A stretch of DNA of 32,000 nucleotides from Pyrodictium abyssi (GTDB taxonomy: Archaea > Thermoproteota > Thermoprotei_A > Sulfolobales > Pyrodictiaceae). The notes under the pieces are model-generated. The model saw only the letters and a program-made list of their open reading frames with translations. It had not been told where the DNA came from and searched no databases. Position numbers and translations under genes: made by a program. Of the stretch, positions 8,007 to 16,389 are shown piece by piece (position 1 is the stretch's first letter; every line of letters starts with the position of its first letter). The stretch spans positions 1,350,001-1,382,000 of the forward strand of contig NZ_AP028907.1 in the NCBI RefSeq assembly GCF_036323395.1. The letters run 5' to 3'.

Positions 8007-9257
8007 TTGGTACCCGTACCCCGTGTTTGCTGTAGCCTTGCTGTAGCCGTGTTCATTGTTATGGCCGGTCTTGTTCCGGCTGCTTGGGCCGCGGGTCTCG
8101 ATAGGGTGTTGTATGTGGCTACTGATAGCTATGATGCTGCTTTCCTCGAGGCGTTTCTAGGCTACTATAACGCTACGGCTAGGCTGGTCTACTTCCTGAA
8201 CAGCAGCCGTGTCCTGGATGAGCTAGAATGCGGCCCAAGCGATGTACTAGTTCTCTTGGATCCCAATATAGACGATACGGGACTTGCCCATAATGCTAGC
8301 GAGCGCATAGCTAGGCTCCTGGTTGACGGCTGCACCGTGGTGGCTACCCATAATGGGCTGGCTCTCTTGAATCTCACACTCACCGAGCTGGGCTATGTGG
8401 TGCACTCGGTAGACAACGTGACCGTCACCATGCCTGGCTACAATACTACGAAGTACAGGTATGCCTACTTGGTCACGCCCGACGGTAGAGTCCTCAACAC
8501 TACTGTGTGGTCTATAGAGGTTGGGAAAGGGAGACTCGTGGGCGTGGCTCTGAACGTTGTCTGGGCCTATGCCGATACGAGGAACACTACGTACCTGGAA
8601 CTGCTCTACAGCGCCCTTCAGGAGGCACTCAGCTCTCCTCCACGACCAGGCGTGGGCACCGCAGCTACAGCGGTGGGGGTGGCTGTTGCCGGCTCAGCTG
8701 CAGCGACTCTAGCGTCTTCGCGGGCGTACACACGAGCAGGCACGCCTAGAGGGGGCGGGGGAGGCGGGCACACGGGTAGGAGCGGTGGGCTAGGCGGCAC
8801 CGGGGGCGCAGGAGAGCCGGAAGACGCGCTTGTGGTTGCTCCTCTACGTGTAAAGACAGAGCCCAGTGAGATGCTCGAGCATCCTCTGAGGGCGCGTATG
8901 CTCCAGGTTCTCCGCGAGCGCGGGGCTGTACACCATAACGAGCTTATGCGTGTGCTCGGTGTCTCTAAGGCCACGCTCCGGTGGCACCTCTATATGCTGC
9001 TCCGTGGAGGCTACATAGGGTCCCTCCGGTACAAGAAGTACCTGGTATACTTCGCGAGAGGCCGCGAGCTCGATGCCATCCGGAGCCTGGCGGCCCGGGA
9101 CGAGCAGTTCTGCGGCATCCTCCAGGGGCTCGCAGAGGGAGTCCCTCTTGAGGTCCTCTCGCGCCGCTATCGTGTCAGCGTGAAGGGGCTCCAGGATCTC
9201 AGCGAGCTTGTTAAGAGGCTGGACGGCAAGCTTACCGATGTATGTAGGGAGGCCTAG
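8007..9257 (+). CDS. Membrane-anchored one-component regulator: signal peptide, extracytoplasmic Rossmann-like sensor domain, TM, Gly-rich linker, wHTH
   Basis: N-term 'CCSLAVAVFIVMAGLVPAAWA'; ectodomain with many N-glycosylation sequons; 'ATAVGVAVAGSAAATLA'; 'RGGGGGGHTGRSGGLGGTGGAG'; wHTH 'HPLRARMLQVLRERGAVHHNELMRVLGVSKATLRWHLYMLLRGGYIGSLRYKKYLVYFA'. Confidence 0.75.
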   Translation: MVPVPRVCCSLAVAVFIVMAGLVPAAWAAGLDRVLYVATDSYDAAFLEAFLGYYNATARLVYFLNSSRVLDELECGPSDVLVLLDPNIDDTGLAHNASERIARLLVDGCTVVATHNGLALLNLTLTELGYVVHSVDNVTVTMPGYNTTKYRYAYLVTPDGRVLNTTVWSIEVGKGRLVGVALNVVWAYADTRNTTYLELLYSALQEALSSPPRPGVGTAATAVGVAVAGSAAATLASSRAYTRAGTPRGGGGGGHTGRSGGLGGTGGAGEPEDALVVAPLRVKTEPSEMLEHPLRARMLQVLRERGAVHHNELMRVLGVSKATLRWHLYMLLRGGYIGSLRYKKYLVYFARGRELDAIRSLAARDEQFCGILQGLAEGVPLEVLSRRYRVSVKGLQDLSELVKRLDGKLTDVCREA

Positions 9258-10569
9258 AGAGGCCTTGGAGGGTTTTAGCTACCTAGCGCACGAGCTGTCC
9301 TGGTGGCCAGTGTTCCTCCGGGGTCTCTTGTACTACCTCCTGGTAGCCATACTCGTCGCTGGCCAGGCAGTTATGAGCGTCTACGCGGCCTGGTACATTG
9401 CGTCGTTTATGGAGTACTTGGTCTGGAGGCGGCAGAGGCCCAGACTCGAGCCCATGTGGGAGGGGCCGCTGGTGGCTGTAGTTGTTCCTGTGTACAACGA
9501 TTATGAGGTCCGCTCCTCCCTGGAGGCCCTCGTGAAGCAGAAGTATAGGCCATACCTTGTAGTTATTGTTGATGATTCAAGCGACTTTGGGCTTGTCGCC
9601 GATCTCTCTAACCATGCGCTGAGAAGCGGTGGCAAGGTTATCCACCTCCGCCGCCATGGCCGGAGGGGTCTTAAGGCAGGGGCGTTGAACGACGCTATAG
9701 ACCTGCTCGAGAAGTATAGGCCAAAGTACGTGGTGTTCTTCGACGCCGACTTCGAGCCCCCGCCCGACACGCTGGCCAGGCTCGTAGCCTATGCCGAGCG
9801 CTTCGACGCCGACATAGTGCAGGGGTATCAGAGGCACGTAAAGGGCTCAGAGACACTGTTTGGGCTCGTATATCGTGCGAGCCAGGGAGGAGCTATAGTA
9901 AACATGATTGGCCGCATGATGATGAGCATGATGCCCATATTCACTGGTTCCTGCGCGCTCATCCGCTACGACCTGCTCTATGAGACCCGGTTCCGCGAGG
10001 GGAGCATCTCTGAGGACTGGAGGTGGACTATCGATGTACTCCTGGAGAGGGAGCGTCTCCGCTACATAGCGGTGGACGAGGTATACGCTAACGGTAGCGT
10101 GCCGAAGAGCCAGAGGGCGTTTATAAGGCAGCAACTCCGCTGGTCTAGCGGCACCCTATACGAGACACTATGCACGCTCCTAGACTTCATGTCCGCGAGG
10201 CTGCCGCTGGGCGTGAAGGTGGGCTACCTGCTCCAAGGGTTGTTCTACAGCCAGGGTCTCTGGGTGTACCTTACGGTCCTCTCCTCGCTGCTGCTAGCCC
10301 AGCTCTACGGCGTGGACCTCCAAAGCTACGTTTGGCCCCTGGGGCTCTACGTGTGGCTCCTAGGGATAGAGACCGCCATACTCGCTGGCGCGCTCATCGA
10401 GCGGTACACCCCGAGGCAGATACTCTCGACAGCTGTAGCGACCCTGGCTATGATATACTACGTGGCTGCCACCCATGCGTATGGGACGCTTATAGCCTTA
10501 CTAGGAGAGACAGCCTCGTGGCGGGTCACCGGGAAGAGGGGTAGCTATGAGGCAGAGTACCAGGATTAA
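9238..10569 (+). CDS. Family 2 membrane glycosyltransferase (cellulose/hyaluronan synthase-like, processive type)
   Basis: 'VAVVVPVYNDYEVRSSLEALVKQKYRPYLVVIVDD', 'YVVFFDADFEP', 'FTGSCALIRYD', 'SEDWRWT', 'QQLRWSSG', plus several TM segments; ATG at 9238 overlaps the upstream gene by 20 nt (ORF open from 9208). Confidence 0.9.
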   Translation: MYVGRPREALEGFSYLAHELSWWPVFLRGLLYYLLVAILVAGQAVMSVYAAWYIASFMEYLVWRRQRPRLEPMWEGPLVAVVVPVYNDYEVRSSLEALVKQKYRPYLVVIVDDSSDFGLVADLSNHALRSGGKVIHLRRHGRRGLKAGALNDAIDLLEKYRPKYVVFFDADFEPPPDTLARLVAYAERFDADIVQGYQRHVKGSETLFGLVYRASQGGAIVNMIGRMMMSMMPIFTGSCALIRYDLLYETRFREGSISEDWRWTIDVLLERERLRYIAVDEVYANGSVPKSQRAFIRQQLRWSSGTLYETLCTLLDFMSARLPLGVKVGYLLQGLFYSQGLWVYLTVLSSLLLAQLYGVDLQSYVWPLGLYVWLLGIETAILAGALIERYTPRQILSTAVATLAMIYYVAATHAYGTLIALLGETASWRVTGKRGSYEAEYQD

Positions 10570-11056
10570 CACCTTCTACAAGATACTACTCATGTTCCTA
10601 GTACTCACGGCAGCCCTTGAGGCACTCGTAGAAACTGTAGGCAGGCATATTATACAGCTAGAGGCAGACATGATAATGGTTGTCCTCGGCGCTGTCGGCG
10701 TAAAGGCCTTGTCCACTGCCCCTGGCACCGTAGCCATTATAGGAGACAGGGAAGTCGTAACCCTAGTGCTTACCGACGAGTGCATCGGAGTCTACTCGCT
10801 CGCCGTTTACGCGGGTCTAGTACTGCTTACGCCACTCGCGGGTAGCCGTAACAAGGCATACGCGCTCTCCTTTGGGCTCCCTCTACTATTCCTGATAAAC
10901 ACAGCCCGTATAGCCCTTGCAGGCCTTGTAGCCGCCCACCTGGGTGGCCCGTGGTTCCGAATAATCCATGACGTAGTGGGCAGCAGCACCATGCTGCTTG
11001 CCGTGACCCTTATATGGCTAAGATGGATAAGCCGCGCCCTCAGCGTGGATACATAA
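10547..11056 (+). CDS. Archaeosortase/exosortase family membrane protein
   Basis: Putative catalytic triad Cys/Arg/His in the usual order: 'TDECIGVYSLAVYAGLVLLTP', 'FLINTARIALAGLVAAHL', 'WFRIIHDVVGSSTMLL'; multi-TM, ~170 aa; start overlaps the GT2 gene end. Confidence 0.8.
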   Translation: MRQSTRINTFYKILLMFLVLTAALEALVETVGRHIIQLEADMIMVVLGAVGVKALSTAPGTVAIIGDREVVTLVLTDECIGVYSLAVYAGLVLLTPLAGSRNKAYALSFGLPLLFLINTARIALAGLVAAHLGGPWFRIIHDVVGSSTMLLAVTLIWLRWISRALSVDT

Positions 11057-11203
11057 GCTAAACCCGGTACGCCCTACAGAGCCGGCACAAGCCCCCTCTA
11101 GCCGAGACGTCCTACAATACACGGTGTCTAGTATACAACACACTATAGCCCCGTACGCAAGGGAAATTCTTATTAGCTAGTTGCGCAACATTTATTACCC
11201 TGG

Positions 11204-11743
11204 ATGAGGGAGATGCGTTACCAGACACTAGCTCTCCTAGGCATAATAGCATCGGCTGCTGCTCTCGCCCTGCTAGCTGGCTTCGCCACTACCCAGAGCC
11301 CGCTAAGCAGCTTCTACGCCACCGGCACAGCACAAGCAGTAAGCGAGCCAATAGATGTGAAAGTGATAGGTGACCTCCAGATAAAGCCTGCTGCTGGTGC
11401 GCAGGGTAAGACCAGTGAGGTACAGTGGCTTAACATAACCAAGTATACCGATGTAAATGTTGTAAAGCTGAAGGTGAAGATAGCTAACGCTGCTCAGCTA
11501 AAGCCCTACTTCAAGTACCTACGGCTTGTGCTAAAGAGTGCTGACAGCAACGAGGTAAAGGCCGTGCTAAGCCTCAAGAAGCCTAGTGCGGTGATAGTAC
11601 TAGATGAGGAGGACTTCAGTACCAATGCTGGTAATGCAAATGACTGTATCATAAACGTGACTGCCTACTATGAGGCTAAGGAAGGTATGCTGTTCGACAG
11701 CCTACCAGTAATACTTAACTTCCAGGTACTAAGCGTCAGCTGA
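11204..11743 (+). CDS. Cannula subunit, CanA-like (Pyrodictium extracellular tubule protein family)
   Basis: 'TLALLGIIASAAALALLAGFATTQSPLSSFYATGTAQAVSEPIDV...NAAQLKPYFKYLRLVLKS...KAVLSLKKPSAVIVLDEEDF...YYEAKEGMLFDSLPVILNFQVLSVS' matches my memory of Pyrodictium abyssi CanA closely in leader, length and C-terminus. Confidence 0.9.
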   Translation: MREMRYQTLALLGIIASAAALALLAGFATTQSPLSSFYATGTAQAVSEPIDVKVIGDLQIKPAAGAQGKTSEVQWLNITKYTDVNVVKLKVKIANAAQLKPYFKYLRLVLKSADSNEVKAVLSLKKPSAVIVLDEEDFSTNAGNANDCIINVTAYYEAKEGMLFDSLPVILNFQVLSVS

Positions 11744-11789
11744 AGCCGCGGAATAAGGCGCGGACGAGATAAGGGTCGCATTTCATCTA

Positions 11790-11837
11790 TAGTATTTTCT
11801 GCTTTTAATTTCAATTTCCTTATTTCCTTCTTCTCTT
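11790..11837 (+). terminator. Pyrimidine/T-rich tract, probable transcription terminator of the canonical cannula gene
   Basis: 'tagtattttctgcttttaatttcaatttccttatttccttcttctc' in an otherwise GC-rich sequence, starting ~45 nt past the stop codon. Confidence 0.5.
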
Positions 11838-12350
11838 GTAGCGCGGGGTTACGGTTCCTAATTGCTGCCGCTCGCTCATCCGTGATAAGTGCCGGATCAA
11901 AGCGTTAAGAGGCAACGGGAGTTTATGGGGTAAGGGCTCTAGGGACTAAATATTTTACTTTATCATTTCGACCTCTGCATCACTACATCACCAGCTTGTA
12001 GCCCTGTCTCCCGCATCTAGGCTAGCGTCCCCTTCTCGGCAGGACGGTGGGCCAGCCATCTGGGGCAATAGGCTATTGGATGGTTCCGCCACTGGCTTGG
12101 GGCTGATGCGAGCCGGTCAGCCGCTGAAGGCTTGGAGGCCATCGACTCTGTGCAAGGATGGCCTCCAGCAGGGCGTATGCACGAGCTTGGAGGCGGTACG
12201 TGCAGTGCTTGACCGTTGGCCAGCGCCTGGAGACGCTGGCAGAGGAGCACGGCGTCTAACCAGCTACAGGAGGCTACTGCCCGTGGGACGCACGCAATCG
12301 GGCTGACGAGTTGTTCGACATTTGTGCCAACTGGTTGAGAGGTGGGCGGC

Positions 12351-12846
12351 CTAGTCTGCCCCTCTCCTCTTCACCATGGAGGCTATCTCCCTTACCAGCC
12401 TTTCCACCCTCCTGTAGGCCGTTGTGACGTCCTTTTCGGCGCACCAGCCTTCGTAGAAGCAGGTGTGCATCTCGTTGCCCGCGGCCCAGGCGTCGCTGAC
12501 CCATTCTCCTAGCTCTTTTTCGAGCACCCTCTTGTACATCCATAGCTCCCGGTGGCTGGTGAGCCTCTTGCCGCCCCTCCACCACGCGTAGGCCTTCACG
12601 GCCAGCGCAGCAGCGCCCCAAGCCTTCCCGGCAGCCTGCCTCACGTCGCCCCTCTCCAGCTCCTCGCGGGCCTACCCGAGAAGAGCTGTGGCGGCCTCCA
12701 CGTACTCCAGAGCCTTATCCTTCGGGTCCAAACCCTGGCTGAGAAGCTCCGCCACGTACTCGTCGACGCTAACCCCTAGCCTCCCAGCCTCCTCCCAGAC
12801 GCGCCGGGCGAGGCGGCCACGGACAACGATAACTGGCTGGTCCAAA
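12351..12846 (-). pseudogene. PaREP1-family (HEPN-like) gene interrupted by an in-frame TAG at 12672..12674
   Basis: Minus strand 'VSVDEYVAELLSQGLDPKDKALEYVEAATALLG*AREELERGDVRQAAGKAWGAAALAVKAYAWWRGGKRLTSHRELWMYKRVLEKELG...MHTCFYEGWCAEKDVTTAYRRVERLV'; likely TTG start at 12846. Confidence 0.75.
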
Positions 12847-13106
12847 CCTGGCCGCCACTCAGCGCTTATTATACTCGAGTACTGCTAGCTTTAACTTCGT
12901 CTCTCGGGCTTGCGGGACCCCGGGTACGCTATGTGGGCTTGTGATACACAGGGTAGATGATTGGCAGCGAGATGGCTGTGGGCCCGGAGGTGCCCCGTGG
13001 AGAGGCAGCAGCACACGGTCAAGGGCTTCTCTGCGGTTGCTCTTATAGCGTGCTACCCGGGTGTGCTCTAGGTAGGGGTTCTCGGTCTGTGTCTCTCAGC
13101 GGTGGT

Positions 13107-13673
13107 GTGGACCGGAGGGCTCTCGGGGAGGCGCTGCTGGAGCTGCTTGAGGAGGACCGGGAGTTCCGCCACGCTGTGATGGGGCTGCTGGGCTACCGCG
13201 AGGTACTGGAGAGGATAACCAGGCTTGAGGAGCGGTTCGCGAGACTAGAGGAGAGGTTCGCCAAGCTGGAGGAGGAGTTCCTGGAGCTGCGGAGGGCCCA
13301 GCAACGCCTCGAAGAGAGGCAGCAGCGCCTAGAGGAGAGGCAGCAGAAGCTAGAGGAGCACGGTATGGAGGAGCGGCGTGTGCAGAGGCTACGCTACGTG
13401 GACGCCGATGGGAGGTTCATAGCGCCGGGGGCTACGCTAGAGATAGACGTCTACATAAATGAAGGCGATGTATGGCTGGTGGAGGTGAAGAGCTACGTCG
13501 AGGCAGACGACGTCACATGGTTCTACGAGAAGACACGGATAGCGGAGAAGGTCCCCGGCCGGAGACCCTCCCGCAGGATAATGCTCGCAGTAGAGGCCAC
13601 AAAGGCCGCCGCGAGGGCCGCGGAGGCGCTAGGTGTAGAGCTGCTCGCCGACAAGATAGTAGAAGAGGAGTAG
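13107..13673 (+). CDS. Coiled-coil plus PD-(D/E)XK nuclease-like protein (DUF3782-like); ORF open from 12957
   Basis: 'RLEERFARLEERFAKLEEEFLELRRAQQRLEERQQRLEERQQKLEE' then 'LEIDVYINEGDVWLVEVKSYVEADDVTWFYEKTRIAEKVPGRRPSRRIMLAVEATKAAARAAEALGVELLA' (E-x-D, E-V-K motif pair). Confidence 0.75.
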   Translation: MDRRALGEALLELLEEDREFRHAVMGLLGYREVLERITRLEERFARLEERFAKLEEEFLELRRAQQRLEERQQRLEERQQKLEEHGMEERRVQRLRYVDADGRFIAPGATLEIDVYINEGDVWLVEVKSYVEADDVTWFYEKTRIAEKVPGRRPSRRIMLAVEATKAAARAAEALGVELLADKIVEEE

Positions 13674-13930
13674 AGCAATACTCCTCCATAGACCTCTATG
13701 AAGCTTCTTTCTCAGCATGTCTTGTCCAGCACTCTAGGGCTTAGCCGGCTCTCCGGTTCTCATCCACACTATCCGCTGATCCTAGGGTCTCCACCCCACA
13801 TCTCTGCGAAGGATTCTTAGAGCCTCCCAGCGAGAGGAGGCCACATCAAAACACCTATGCCAAACCGCAGAAATATTCTAGGACATATTTTTGAGGCCAC
13901 GAAAACCACTCCTAGATATGATAGAGCAGA

Positions 13931-14890
13931 GTGCCCGCTATGAGGCCTACGGCTCTGGCTCTGGCTGGCATCGTGGCCTCGGCTGCCGCCCTCGCCCTGC
14001 TAGCTGGCTTCGCCACTACCCAGAGCCCGCTCAACAGCTTCTACGCCACCGGCACAGCACAAGCAGTGCAAGAGCCAATAGACGTAGAAAGCCACCTAGA
14101 CACAGCAATAGCTCCCGCCGCCGGGGCGCAGGGAGCCAAGGACATGGGCTACGTAGTAGTACCGGTAGGCAGCCAGGTAGACGACGTAAAGCTCCTAGTA
14201 AAGATAGCTAACGCTGCACAGCTGAAGCCCTACTTCAAGTACCCCATGCTACAGATAACAAGCAAGTACGAGATACGAGAAAATGACACAGTGGTTGTGG
14301 AGGTGCGTTTGAGTAATTCGGTGAACCGGATATAGTATAGGGGGTAGCGACGACACTGTAGTAGTGCAGACTAAGGAGTACTTGCCTTGGTCTGGCTGTA
14401 GGAACATAACGGTGGTTGATGAAGAGGATAGTGACGGGGATTGGGCCCTGGTGGAGGTATGCAGCGATAGGGGTAGCGGCGGGAACGCAATGAATGCTAC
14501 TATCTATAGCCTCGGGTTCACCAGCACTAGTGGCACATGGTATCTATTAGAGCCCGTCAGAACGGGCAACATAAACATATCCGGCATACTAAGAGTGGAC
14601 AACACGGTAGTTTGGAAGGAGGCTGCCGATGATAGTTATAGCGAGGTTAAGGCTGTGCTTAGCCTCTGGAAGCCCAGTGCTGTGGTTATCCTCGATGCCG
14701 AAGATATAGTAGAGATTGAGCACGGCTGTGATAAGGGCGTGTTCCTTGACAAGAACGGTTGATAGCTGGCCCTGGTATGGACTGGAAGGGTGCTGTCCTG
14801 GCTCTGAAAGCGTTCTACGAGATCCGTGAAGGCGCATTGTTCGACAGCCTACCGATAATCCTTAGCATAGAAGTACTGAATACCAGCTAG
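13931..14890 (+). pseudogene. CanA-family cannula subunit with a ~110-aa insertion and two compensating frameshifts (~14325-14333 and ~14757)
   Basis: Frame 2 'LALAGIVASAAALALLAGFATTQSPLNSFYATGTAQAVQEPIDVES...NAAQLKPYFKYPMLQITSKYE'; frame 3 'SEVKAVLSLWKPSAVVILDAEDIVEIEHGCDKGVFLDKNG'; back to frame 2 'IAGPGMDWKGAVLALKAFYEIREGALFDSLPIILSIEVLNTS*'. Confidence 0.85.
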
Positions 14891-15090
14891 CCGCTGAGGC
14901 AAGCCTTCAAGTGATCTCATGCCAAGGGCTACTTAGTTGCTGCGGGCCACCATAACCGTATGGGGCTACATCTTCGCGGAAGCCTATACGCAGAGGTGTG
15001 CCGCGTCTCTGGCATCCCTGGATGCTGGCGCGGGGAGACTGGCTTCTTTAGCCTACGTGTGGCCGTGCCGGGACACCGGGGAGGCTATGC

Positions 15091-15492
15091 ATGGGGCCTA
15101 GGATTGTCGAGGGCAGGCGCGTCAAGGGCTTTGGGGTCGGCGGCCGCTATGTCGGGCACCCGTACTATGGTGGGTGGTTTGAGCGGCTTCTAGGCTGCCG
15201 GCCCTTCCCGGGCACGTTGAACGTCGAGGCTAGTGTCGACTGGCGTGAGCTGGCTGGGCTCTGCGAGCCCGTGGTGGTGCCGGAGACTGTGTGGGAGGGG
15301 CAGCGGCTCGGCGCTGTCTATGTGTGGAGGGCGAGGCTCAGGACCAGGGAGGGGCCGGTCGAGGTGCTTATTATACGCCCGCTGCTGAGCGGTCATGGCC
15401 CGCGGGTGCTCGAGCTGGTGGCGTGCAGCAAGCTCGCGCCGCTGCTTGACAGTGATCGCGTGGAGCTTGAGATTCTATGCAGCGGGGCTTAG
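15091..15492 (+). CDS. ribK: CTP-dependent riboflavin kinase (archaeal)
   Basis: '[38 protein letters not shown]', '[38 protein letters not shown]... DRVELEI'. Confidence 0.85.
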   Translation: MGPRIVEGRRVKGFGVGGRYVGHPYYGGWFERLLGCRPFPGTLNVEASVDWRELAGLCEPVVVPETVWEGQRLGAVYVWRARLRTREGPVEVLIIRPLLSGHGPRVLELVACSKLAPLLDSDRVELEILCSGA

Positions 15493-15499
15493 TGCCCGC

Positions 15500-15927
15500 T
15501 TAGCGCGGCAGTATTATGCTTGTCCTCGACCTAGATAAGCCTCTCCTCCTCAGCTCCATGTAAGCGTCTAGCAGCGCCTTAAGCCGAGGGCTCTGGTAGA
15601 GTATTATCCTTCTTCGATGGCGTCTATTATTATCGGGTTGCCCCGGAGGAGCATCCGTGTAGCCTCCTCGATTGTGTAGGGGTGTGGCTCAACCTCTACC
15701 GGGAGGTCTGAGAGAAGATCCAGTATACGGGCTATCCGGTCCAGATACTTCTCTCGGAACTCTGCTATTACGAGTATGTCGTAGTCGCTCCAGGGGACCC
15801 AGTCGCCCCGCGCCCTGGAGCCGAAGAGTATTATGGCGTCCACTCCACGGGGCCCATTGACAAGCTTTTCTACTATCTCCTTGACGCGGCTGTCGTGTAC
15901 GCGTCTTTTAGCCCGTTTGTTTCTCAA
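15500..15927 (-). pseudogene. MNT-type minimal nucleotidyltransferase (HEPN/MNT antitoxin family), C-terminus displaced by a one-base frameshift at ~15607
   Basis: 'GPRGVDAIILFGSRARGDWVPWSDYDILVI...LPVEVEPHPYTIEEATRMLLRGNPIIIDAIEEG*'; the shifted frame continues 'IILYQSPRLKALLDAYMELRRRGLSRSRTSIILPR*' to 15500. Confidence 0.75.
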
Positions 15928-16314
15928 TCTCTTTCACCACGAACTCTATAATCCGTCTGGCCGCTGCTAGGGCACGCTCCGCCGTCTCCCTGTCATACGC
16001 CTCGTGCGGCGTGCCCTCCGGAAGAGCATTAGGATAGCGGGAGGGTATATAGTGCCTATCAAGCTCCCTAGCGTCTACAAGGAGGCTCTCCTTACGCGTC
16101 CCCGTAGCCTCGAAGTAGCGCTGTAGGAGCACACGCACGCTATGCCCCCAGGGCGCCTCGTTAATACTGTATAGAAGCGCCTTCGCAGCTTTTTCGGCAG
16201 CCTGCTGCGCGTAGAATGCAGCCGAGTTGTACCTTCCTCGCGAAGCAGTATCCTAGCCGTCTCCAGATACCCCAAGGCCTCGCTGAGCCATCTTCTTGCC
16301 TCGCCCCTCGCCAC
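15908..16314 (-). pseudogene. HEPN-domain protein with a one-base frameshift at ~16229-16232
   Basis: 'MARGEARRWLSEALGYLETARILLREEG' in one frame, then 'NSAAFYAQQAAEKAAKALLYSINEAPWGHSVRVLLQRYFEATGTRK...HYIPSRYPNALPEGTPHEAYDRETAERALAAARRIIEFV' in another. Confidence 0.8.
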
Positions 16315-16389
16315 CAGACAACCACCCTCTACCGAGTACTGCTTCTAACGCCGCCCTAATCATAACTATAACCATATAGGCCTAGGGTT

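Noticed and set aside
11204-11743. CanA-like protein as a direct archaeosortase substrate
   Set aside because: It lacks the required C-terminal motif-TM-basic tail; it ends in a beta-strand-like 'ILNFQVLSVS'.
12017-12621. ORFs 12017..12250(-), 12076..12306(+) and 12274..12621(-)
   Set aside because: Mutually overlapping, no family signal; 12274..12621 is the wrong frame of the PaREP1-like gene. Could be remnants, but not supportable.
12672-12674. Amber codon as a recoded residue (pyrrolysine)
   Set aside because: No pyrrolysine machinery is expected in this lineage and the family is not a known recoding target; simple nonsense mutation or error is more likely.
14960-15193. ORF 77 aa upstream of ribK as an N-terminal extension or separate gene
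   Set aside because: Different frame from ribK, overlaps its start, and has no recognisable motif.
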